From a virus (Duplodnaviria > Caudoviricetes): DNA of 28,563 nucleotides. The DNA lies in IMG/VR virus record IMGVR_UViG_3300020151_001367, positions 1 to 28,563 of that record; one strand, written 5' to 3'. Position numbers and translations under genes: made by a program. Below the pieces are notes generated by a model. It was not told the origin of the DNA. It worked only from the letters and a program-made list of their open reading frames with translations, and did not search any database. Of the stretch, positions 16,951 through 25,900 are shown one piece after another (positions within the stretch are counted from its first letter, which is position 1; each line of letters opens with the position of its first letter).

Positions 16951-19900
16951 TCATCGCAATAAATGATAATTCAGTGCTAAAATAGTGCCACGAACACCAG
17001 TTTTAAAATTCACCGTGCTGGTAAAATCAACTGCACCTGAAGTAGTTCCAATGCTGCTACCAGCAATGTAAATATTACCCACAGTTAAACTGTTGGCCAC
17101 AATTGAACTACCGCCGCCACCAATTTGACTTGCTATATATGACTTGATGGCCTTTTGCGTGGGCACTACTGAATCACTGTTGGCTGAAAATGTAGCATCT
17201 GTACTGAACTCATTAATCGCAGTGTTGCTGCTGCCCAGTGTTACAGAACCCAATTGCAGTTCTTGTAATCCACTAAGGTTGAATGCATCAGCATTTAATG
17301 TGGCTGTACCAGTTGATTGTTCAACTGTAAACAGATTACCTACTCTAAAATTACCGTCTTGGTCAGTACTTGTAAAGAACACACGACCACCACCGGAATC
17401 AACTGTTTCGTTTTCAGGCACTGGTTCTTGCAGTGGTATACCTGGATAATTGCTTTGTGTAAAGTTGCCGGTACCAATGTCCAAAAAGTCATGGCCGGTC
17501 AATCTGCACTGACTGAATCTAATACGAATAGTCACTGCTTGTCCGTGAGCAGGTGCTTCAGCAATACCCACTACAGGACTCAACTGCAGGCGGCCGGCAT
17601 AGTTACCTGGCGTGCCAGATTGTTCTGTAAACAACACCAACTTGTACCAAATTCCGTCAATTCCCGCAATTTGCACGTTACTACCAAGAGTAGGAATTGC
17701 TGTTAGATTGTTAACAAACACAAATGCACCAGTTTGGAATATGTCTGCATATCCGTCACCAGCCACGAAAGCAGCACTGGTTGTATAGCCTGTGCCTCTA
17801 TTTGTAAAAGTTGGATTGGCCAATACTCCGTCACCGGTTCTCACTTCAAATGTGGCTTCCACAGTGTTGTTGGGATCTGTGATGGTAATAGTGGGCGCTG
17901 ACACATAGCCACTGCCCGGTTCGACAATTCTAATTTGTGCAATTTGTCCCGATGATACCACTGCACGACCTATTGTGGTTGCGCCTAGATCAATTGCCTG
18001 CGCCGCAGTGGTACTGTTGGCCACTGCCACCCATTTTGGCACACCGCTGATACTGCCAAATGCTGTGTCGACCCAGTTAGTACTGGTAGCCAATGTTCTT
18101 GCAGTCCACGTGACTCCGTCCGGACTACTGGCTGCTGCGGTTCCGCCGTTGGCCGCCACAAAAAACACGCCTTGACCGTAGGCCAGTCTGGCCCAAGTGG
18201 TACTGCTAGGCAATGTGCTGGCTGTCCAAGTTGTGCCGAAGTCTAAACTGTAAGCAGCCGCTGTGCTAGCACCACCAACACCTGCCGTGGCCACAAAACG
18301 TCCGTTACCAAAAGCCACACTGCTCCAAGTGGTACTGCTGGGCAATGCTCCACCCAAAGTCCATGAAGTACCGTTAACTGACACTGCTGTGGCTGTGCCG
18401 CCGGTAGCCACTGCTACAAAGTATCCGGCACCATAGGTCACGCTGCTCCAAGTGGTACTGCTGGGCAATGCACCACCCAAAATCCATAAAGTGCCATTGT
18501 CTGAATATGCAGAAGCGGTGCCGCCACTGGCCACTGTGACGAAACGACCAGCACCGTAGGCCACACTGACCCATGTGCCGGATGTTGGCAATGTTTGTAA
18601 GGCCCATGCTGCGCCATCTACACTGCTGGCTGCGGTAGTACCGCCTGAAGCCACTGCCACCCATATGTTGTCAGCAGCGCCATATTGAACGTCAGTCCAG
18701 GTAGCACTGCTGGGCAATGCACCACCGGAAGTCCATGTGGTGCCGTTGGTTGAAATATTAGTGGTTGTGGCACCACTGGCCACTGCAATAAATCTTCCAC
18801 CGCCATAGCCCACTGCAGACCATGCAGCAGCCGTGGTTAATGTAGCAGGGGCTGCTGTGAAGCCAGGTGCTGAGAATGTCACTCTTGGTTCAATAAGATA
18901 CGCTGTGGTCAAATCCAAACTGGCTTCAATTGCAGTGCCTGGAACCACATGATCCCATCCTGCGGCGCCGGTTGAAAATTTGTAAATTGTAGCAATTTTG
19001 GTACCAGAATTGTATGCTTGAATATATCCGCACTGTCCAACTCCTAGACCTGCAGTGATATGTATGGCCATGCCAACATATGCTGGGCTGGCTTCGTTGT
19101 CACTGGCGCTCAATGTGATGCTGGTGGTATTACCACCTTGTGCAGTGTTGTTAGCCACTTTGTACTCGGCGCCGCCTTCGTTGGTTGAATCCAGATCAAC
19201 AACTCGTGTTTCAAATACAGCATTGTCTCTAAATTCATCCATCACTGCTACACCGCCAACTCCTGCTCCCGCTACTGTGTACGAACCTGTGGTGTAGCCA
19301 GTGCCAGCATTACTGTATTCATATCTTAAAATATTAGAATTGTTAGTCCATACAAATGCCACTTGTGCTTCAAGGCTGCGATTGTTGATAGTGGCAGTGA
19401 TAGCAGTTTCTGAAGAATCAATGCCTTCTGATACTGCTCCAAAATCACCGTATGAGTTGTTGCCGTTGGTTGCACGAATTTTGCCGCCATTTTCTGCCAA
19501 GTAACCAACGTGATTGTAGTATGAAAAAACTGAAACTAATTCAGCACGACCATTGTTGGTAATCCATGCGCCAATGCCATCGCTCAATACCTGTGTAAAG
19601 TCATTGGAGGTAATACTGAGATTGCCTGCACTGTGCAGACTGCCATCAACTTTTTGTCCAATACAACCAGTGCCAAATGTAGTGACGTTCTGTACATAAG
19701 GACTGCGAGTTAAAATATGCACATTGGTGTCTGCTGGACCGTAACCCGGATCAAGACTGACATACGCACCTGCCGATGGGCGTTTAGTTCCATATACATT
19801 AGGTGCTCCCAGTGTTCCAGTTAAACCGTTCCAAGTCATGTTACGCAAGGTACTGGCATTTCGTACAAAGAACATGTTTTCAGTTAGGCTGCCTTGTTGT

Positions 19901-22881
19901 GCTCTGCGATATGTTTTTGCAGCACGTAGAGATTTATAATTCCCAGTATAGATCAAATCATATTTGATAGACTCAATATAATACGCAATATCTTTTTGGC
20001 ACAGTGTTTGATCGTAGTAATATGACACAGTCATTGTGCCGCTGGCGGCGCTGAGATCTAATGTTGTGCCGCCACGTGTTGCTGAAACAGTGATTACTCC
20101 AGCACCGATGGTTTTAATAAAATACGTTGTGGCCAAAGCAACACCACCAAACACACTGCCAGTAAATCTCACAGCCATGTCGACTGTCATACCAGTGGTA
20201 GATGCCACTGTGATTTCGTCTGTAGCAGCGGCAGTGGCACTAGCAGTCCAACTGTAGGTAAAATTGGTATACGCTGTGGCTTCGTTAGCCAAGAAATCTT
20301 TGTTGCGTTCTAATATTCTCACAGCAGCATAAACGTCATAACTGCTGACAGCAGTGTTGGTTCCAGTCATAGCAGGATCACTGCCCACTGTGTTGATGTG
20401 AAAATTTATGTAATTGACAATATTGGTTACCAAAGCGGCAGCCAATGTGCCCTGTGTAGAAGTGCCGTAGGGCCATGCTTGTACTTGAGATTCGGCATTG
20501 CCCGCAGTGGGTGTCACTGTGACACCTTGAACAACATTACTGATAATACTTTGAACACGATTGAGTGCTGCCAAACTCACAGCAACATCGGTAATGTGTA
20601 CAGTTCCAGTGCCAGGTTGCACTGTGGTTGCTCGCAATTCATCTCCTACTACGCTGCATCTTTCAGGAACAACTATAGGCAACACTTCATTGTAGGTACC
20701 AGTTTTTACAAACAGGGTGTCATGAATTTTTGTTGCTTCTGGTATATTGGTAGATACGCCAGCAGTGATAGCATTGGTCACTATGGTCACTAGGCCAGTT
20801 GTGGCAGCAAATACTCCAGATTCTGACACATAGGTTGCATCAATTACCTGTGCAATTTGTCTAGTAGTGATTGTCATTGTGCCACTAGCAGTGGTTAATG
20901 TAAACGCTGTTCCAGATCCTTTAGTTGCAGTGATTCTCAAGTTTGTTGCGTTAACAATCTCCAAAACAAAGTATGTTGTTCCAGAAACAATATTTCCAAA
21001 TGTTGTGCCTGTAAACACCACAGCATCGTCTACTTTGAATCTACTAGTTCCGCCAGTGCCTGCTGATATAGTAACTCTGTTGGTGCCTGATATAGTGTTG
21101 GTGCAAGTGGCTGTTTGCAATGCTTGATAATTCACTGTTGGTGCTAAATTACCCAATACTTTTTCAATAACAGTCAATCCATAGGCAATACTGGCCACAG
21201 TTTCTGCTTCTTGTCCAAGTATATAAAAATTACCAGGACTAGTAACATATGCCAACGCTGCTGCACGGCTTCTAACATTGCCGCCGTGTGTGAGATCATA
21301 GATCACTGCGTCAATGATATAGCCCATGTCACGTTCACACTTGACAGTGTCATAGGTAAATGCTGATATGAACGGTGCGGTGTTGTTGAGAATCTGTTCT
21401 TCAGTCCACTCAACAATTTCACGCTGAATAAATTGACGGTTTAATTCCAACAATTTAGCAGCGTTGATATTTCTAGCGCCTTCTTCAATTTGTCTTAGAG
21501 CATAACGAATACTTTGAAAAGGTTTATCTAACGTTGTTCCGTATAGACCAAACGCATTATCTTCACCTGTTGCACTGACATAGTACACTCCAGGAACATC
21601 ACCAAATGTGTTCCATGAGGGCACTCCATTGCTGACTGTCAACACTTGTCCGTCAGTTCCAACTGGCAGTCTTGTTGGACCGCCACCGCCGTAATATACA
21701 ATGTCACCTGTTGTGGTCAATACTGATGTTTCTGCACCGCCGGCCAATAGATCCCAATACACTGTGACCAGCAGTGCTGCATCAGTCACTGGATCATTAA
21801 CTGATGTAGATGCAGTGTGTGCTAATTTACATACATAACTGTTGGCGCCGAATTTTACCACATCGCCTTGAATATAGATGTTGGCATTGACCCAAGTGCT
21901 TCTCCATCTGAATCCTGTGTTTAACACTTCCCAATAACTGTTGTTAGGAGGCTGTTGATTGTTGTTGGATACTTTACACAAGTAAGTGTATCCGCCTAGT
22001 CTAATGATGTCACCAGTTAGATAATCTTCGTAACTGTTCCAATCTCCTACAAATCTAAATCCTACTGTGAAAAGATCCCAGTTTACATTGGCAGCCTGCG
22101 GTACACTGTTGGTGTGATTGGTAATGGCCACCCATACATATCCACTGTGTGCTACCACATCGCCTGGCTGATATATGGCTGAACTGTTCCATGTGTCTTC
22201 AAATTCTAATCCGCCTACAAACAATTGCCATTTAGATTCGTCAAAACTACTGGTAGCAGCATAATAGAATGTTGTACAAATCCATAGGTCTGGACCAAAT
22301 TTGACTACATCGTTGATTTTGTATCGTGCTGATCCTGTGAATGTGCCTTTGTATTCTAGCCCTGGATGTATCACTTGCCACTTGGCTTGATCCGCTTCTA
22401 GGCCGCCAGCTAATAATGTAGCACTAGCATTACTGGTGTGACTGGTGATACACAAATAAGTGTAGCCACCGTACTTGACTACATCGTTAACTTTGTAATA
22501 TGTTGATACTGCCCAAGCGCTCTTCCAGTCAAGACTTTCGGCAAATAAATCCCAATCTGCTTGATTAGTTTCGAGATATGTACTGGATGTGTGTCCGTTG
22601 TTACAGATATAGACCAGACCGCCCCACTTTACAAGATCATTTTCTTTGTAGTATGTCGGTGTTGTCCAGTCGCCGCGCCACGCTTGGCCGTCGCTCATCT
22701 GTCCCCATTTTGGGATGGCATTTTCTAGATCAACATAAAAATCAGCATTGGCAGTGTGACCTACTAAACAAATGTAAACTCTACCACCATAACGAATTAC
22801 ATCGTCTTTAACGTAGGCCACTGCTGTGGTCCATACATTTTTCCAAACAAATCTTATTCTACCTAGTTTAAATTCTGCCAT
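16951..22881 (-). CDS. Giant multidomain tail fibre/spike protein (1976 aa)
   Basis: N-terminal CBM5/12-like repeats (W...Y..NDVV.YGG..Y.C...H), a pectin-lyase-like beta-helix region (YYVS..G.D...PF.SI..A; FVKTG.Y.E.LPI.VP...VVGDELR), ~41-aa beta-propeller repeats and a C-terminal GHDFLDIGTG...STDQDGNFRVG domain. GGAG RBS upstream. Confidence 0.8.
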   Translation of the reverse strand: MAEFKLGRIRFVWKNVWTTAVAYVKDDVIRYGGRVYICLVGHTANADFYVDLENAIPKWGQMSDGQAWRGDWTTPTYYKENDLVKWGGLVYICNNGHTSSTYLETNQADWDLFAESLDWKSAWAVSTYYKVNDVVKYGGYTYLCITSHTSNASATLLAGGLEADQAKWQVIHPGLEYKGTFTGSARYKINDVVKFGPDLWICTTFYYAATSSFDESKWQLFVGGLEFEDTWNSSAIYQPGDVVAHSGYVWVAITNHTNSVPQAANVNWDLFTVGFRFVGDWNSYEDYLTGDIIRLGGYTYLCKVSNNNQQPPNNSYWEVLNTGFRWRSTWVNANIYIQGDVVKFGANSYVCKLAHTASTSVNDPVTDAALLVTVYWDLLAGGAETSVLTTTGDIVYYGGGGPTRLPVGTDGQVLTVSNGVPSWNTFGDVPGVYYVSATGEDNAFGLYGTTLDKPFQSIRYALRQIEEGARNINAAKLLELNRQFIQREIVEWTEEQILNNTAPFISAFTYDTVKCERDMGYIIDAVIYDLTHGGNVRSRAAALAYVTSPGNFYILGQEAETVASIAYGLTVIEKVLGNLAPTVNYQALQTATCTNTISGTNRVTISAGTGGTSRFKVDDAVVFTGTTFGNIVSGTTYFVLEIVNATNLRITATKGSGTAFTLTTASGTMTITTRQIAQVIDATYVSESGVFAATTGLVTIVTNAITAGVSTNIPEATKIHDTLFVKTGTYNEVLPIVVPERCSVVGDELRATTVQPGTGTVHITDVAVSLAALNRVQSIISNVVQGVTVTPTAGNAESQVQAWPYGTSTQGTLAAALVTNIVNYINFHINTVGSDPAMTGTNTAVSSYDVYAAVRILERNKDFLANEATAYTNFTYSWTASATAAATDEITVASTTGMTVDMAVRFTGSVFGGVALATTYFIKTIGAGVITVSATRGGTTLDLSAASGTMTVSYYYDQTLCQKDIAYYIESIKYDLIYTGNYKSLRAAKTYRRAQQGSLTENMFFVRNASTLRNMTWNGLTGTLGAPNVYGTKRPSAGAYVSLDPGYGPADTNVHILTRSPYVQNVTTFGTGCIGQKVDGSLHSAGNLSITSNDFTQVLSDGIGAWITNNGRAELVSVFSYYNHVGYLAENGGKIRATNGNNSYGDFGAVSEGIDSSETAITATINNRSLEAQVAFVWTNNSNILRYEYSNAGTGYTTGSYTVAGAGVGGVAVMDEFRDNAVFETRVVDLDSTNEGGAEYKVANNTAQGGNTTSITLSASDNEASPAYVGMAIHITAGLGVGQCGYIQAYNSGTKIATIYKFSTGAAGWDHVVPGTAIEASLDLTTAYLIEPRVTFSAPGFTAAPATLTTAAAWSAVGYGGGRFIAVASGATTTNISTNGTTWTSGGALPSSATWTDVQYGAADNIWVAVASGGTTAASSVDGAAWALQTLPTSGTWVSVAYGAGRFVTVASGGTASAYSDNGTLWILGGALPSSTTWSSVTYGAGYFVAVATGGTATAVSVNGTSWTLGGALPSSTTWSSVAFGNGRFVATAGVGGASTAAAYSLDFGTTWTASTLPSSTTWARLAYGQGVFFVAANGGTAAASSPDGVTWTARTLATSTNWVDTAFGSISGVPKWVAVANSTTAAQAIDLGATTIGRAVVSSGQIAQIRIVEPGSGYVSAPTITITDPNNTVEATFEVRTGDGVLANPTFTNRGTGYTTSAAFVAGDGYADIFQTGAFVFVNNLTAIPTLGSNVQIAGIDGIWYKLVLFTEQSGTPGNYAGRLQLSPVVGIAEAPAHGQAVTIRIRFSQCRLTGHDFLDIGTGNFTQSNYPGIPLQEPVPENETVDSGGGRVFFTSTDQDGNFRVGNLFTVEQSTGTATLNADAFNLSGLQELQLGSVTLGSSNTAINEFSTDATFSANSDSVVPTQKAIKSYIASQIGGGGSSIVANSLTVGNIYIAGSSIGTTSGAVDFTSTVNFKTGVRGTILALNYHLLR
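18030..18830 (-). repeat. Intragenic ~123-bp (41-aa) beta-propeller repeats
   Basis: Repeating LPSS.TW.SV.YG.G.FV.VA.GGT..A.S.DG..W. An exact 29-bp DNA repeat CTGCTCCAAGTGGTACTGCTGGGCAATGC occurs at 18320-18348 and 18443-18471. Confidence 0.85.
21750..22850 (-). repeat. About seven CBM5/12 (chitin-binding type 3)-like ~50-aa repeats
   Basis: Repeated W-x4-Y-x2-(N/G/D)D-(V/L/I)-(V/I)-x-(Y/F/W)GG-x2-Y-x-C-x3-H pattern. Boundaries are approximate. Confidence 0.65.
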
Positions 22882-22909
22882 TAGATACTCCGAACATTAC
22901 GTTTAATAT

Positions 22910-22916
22910 TATTTAT
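22910..22916 (-). promoter_or_regulatory. T4-late-type promoter-like motif ATAAATA
   Basis: The minus strand reads GATAAATAATATTAAACGTAATGTTCGGAGTATCTAATG, upstream of the 1976-aa gene. Confidence 0.55.
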
Positions 22917-22943
22917 CAATACAGGATTCAAATTTACTGTGAT

Positions 22944-25900
22944 TTATTCCATAAAGTAAGCCATTGCCAACGGTAATCCTACAACACCGCGTCTAAACTC
23001 TGACACAGCATCAATTTCTATAGTACCACCACCAATATGACCAATATCGTTAGGTGCGTCAAACGTAATAGATCCCACTTGTATTTCGTTTACATCCAGA
23101 TCTGAGCCGCCACCGCCAATTCTGCTGGCAATATATGCTTTAACTGCTTTTTGCGTGGGCACAATATTATTAGTATTGGCACTGAAAGTAGGATCTGTAC
23201 TAAACTCGTTAATAGTGGCGCCTGTACCACCTAGGGTCACACCTCCTAATCTAATTTCAGTAAGTCCGGACAATTCAAATGCATCAGCATTAATACTAAC
23301 CACACCAGTAGCCTGCTCAACCTGGAACAATTCGCCGACTCGGAAGTTACCGTCTTGGTCAGTTGATGTGTAGAACACACGACCGCCACCACTTTGCACC
23401 ACTTGATTTTCTGGTGCTAAGATTTGTAAATTAGTGTTGGGATAATTAGTGTCAATAAAACTACCTGTGCCAATTTCTAAGAAATCATGACCTGTGATTC
23501 TACATTGACTGTAGTCTTCTCTAATTTCTAATGCTTCATTTTCTATTGGTGATTCATCAACTCCCAGTCCGGGAAATATTCGTAATCTTGCAGAATAATT
23601 ACCTGCAGTTCCTGTCACAGTATCTATATTAACTATTGTATATACTCGATCATTGATCGTGGCTATTTCTAAGTTTGCGCCCGGGCTAGGCAGTGTTGAC
23701 AAGTTTTTTATATATAAGTAACTGCCAGTTTGATAGTCGTCGGCGTAGCCGTTACCAACTATTGTTGCTGACGCAGTGGTATATGCAGTTCCTCTGTTTG
23801 AGAAACTGGGGTTTGCCAGTGCTCCATTTCCTCTACGAATTTCTGTAACTACTTCTCCGGTGTTGTTAGGATCAGTGAACACAATTGCTGGCGTGCTGGT
23901 GTATCCAGATCCAGGTTCTATGACTCTGATAGAACTGATACGTCCTGATGTTAGCCCGGCACGTGCCACAGCCTGTGTAAAATTAGCAAAGTTTTGTGCA
24001 GCAGTTGAACCAGTCACTGCCATGGCCCAAATAGGTGCATTAGATGGGTTACCAAACGCTATGGCACTCCATGCTTGTGTAGACAACAGTGTTCGCGAAG
24101 TCCAAACTACGCCGTCTGTACTGCTAGCCACAACATTAGTAGTAGCGCCAGCATATCCCTGCACCGCCACAAAAGTTCCTTGACCATATCTAATTTCTAA
24201 CCAAGATCCCCCACTAGACAGTGTAGATGCTGTCCATGTTATGCCGTCTAAACTATATGCTGCAAATGAGCCGCCTTGTGCTACTGCAACAAATCTGCCG
24301 TTACCATAGGCAACACTGGTCCAATTAGCACTGGTAGGCAGTATTGTTGACGTCCAAGATGCACCATCTGTGGAATATGCTGCTGCTGTGGTTGCACCGG
24401 CGCCTCCTGCCACTGCTACAAACTTTCCGTTACCATAGGTAATTGCTGACCATGTGGAACTAGGCAGTGCTCCGCCTAATGACCATGTAGTTCCATTAGT
24501 TGATATATTAGTTGCTGTGCCCCCACTGCTGACCGCAACAAATCTACTATTACCGTAAGCCACAGCAGTCCATGTTGCACTAGTGGACAAAGCCGCAGTA
24601 GTCCACGATGTTCCGCCGTTGGTAGAATATGCTGCTTGTGTTCCACCGCTGGCCACGGCAACGTGATATGTTGTTCCAGAAATTGCTCCAGCGGCAACAT
24701 CAGTCCATGTGGTGCTGGCCGGTAGTGCGCCACCATTTAGCCAAGTTGTTCCGTTGGTAGAATATGCCGTAGTGGTTGCTCCGGTGGCAATCAACACAAA
24801 TCTACTGTTGCCATAGGCCATAGCCACCCATGCAGCAGCAGAAGGTGTTGTGGATACGACTGGTGTAAATGCTGGCGCTGCTAATGTTATACGAGGAGTT
24901 ATAATATAGGCAGTAGTGGTGTCCAATGTTGCTTGAATTGCAGTTCCCGGAACTACATGATTCCATCCTGCTGAACCTGTTGCTTGATTATAAACTTGTG
25001 CAATCTTAGTACCATTGTCGTAACTGTCGATGTAGCCAATCTGACCAACTCCCAATCCGCTGGTAATTACAATCTGCATACCAACATAAACGCCACTGTC
25101 GTTGGCGTCTGTAGCACTGAGTGTTATGGCAGTTGTGTCACCTGTTTGTGCATTGCCTGAATTTCCAACGTATCCACCGCCGCCTGGTTGGCTTGAATCT
25201 CCAGGTGGTGCCACTCTAATTTGATAGATAGCGCCATCTCTAAACTCGTCATGAGTTGCTGCGGCACTTAATCCAGTACCACCAATTGTTGAAGTAGCAA
25301 CAGTGTAATCGGAACCTGCATTGCTGTATTCATATCTTAAAACTTGGGCACCGTCAGCAAACACAAATCCAACTGATGCTTCAGTTGATCGATTGTTGAC
25401 CAACGCAGTTTTTGGCACTTCGTTAACGTTGACACCTTCTGCTACTGCACCGTAGTCACCGTATGAGTTGTTGCCGTTAGTAGCACGAATTTTGCCATTG
25501 TCTTCTGCCAAATATCCAATGTGATTGTAGTAAGTAAATACTGAAACTAACTCTGCTCTGGCATCACTTGTAATCCATGCTCCAATTCCGTCACTTAGTA
25601 CTTGTGTGAAATCGTTAGCCACTATTGATCTATTGCCACCGTTGTGCAAACTGCCATCTACTTTCAATCCAGTACAACCAGTGCCAAATGTAGTGACGTT
25701 CTGAATGTAAGGACTACGTGTGGTAATCCAAGTGGTACTATCAGTAGGTCCTGTGCCAGGATCTAAACTGACGTATGCACCGGCTGTGGGACGTTGTGTA
25801 AGGTATTGATTAGCAGCACTTAGTGTACCGGTCAATCCTTCTAAAGTCATGTTGCGCAGGCCGGTTGCGTTGCGCATAAGAAACATGTTGGATGTAACAT

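Noticed and set aside
18320-18471. 29-bp exact direct repeat resembling a CRISPR repeat or DGR template/variable pair
   Set aside because: There are only two exact copies, spaced by an in-frame 123 bp and encoding propeller blades. No cas or reverse transcriptase gene is present and there is no adenine-specific mismatch pattern.
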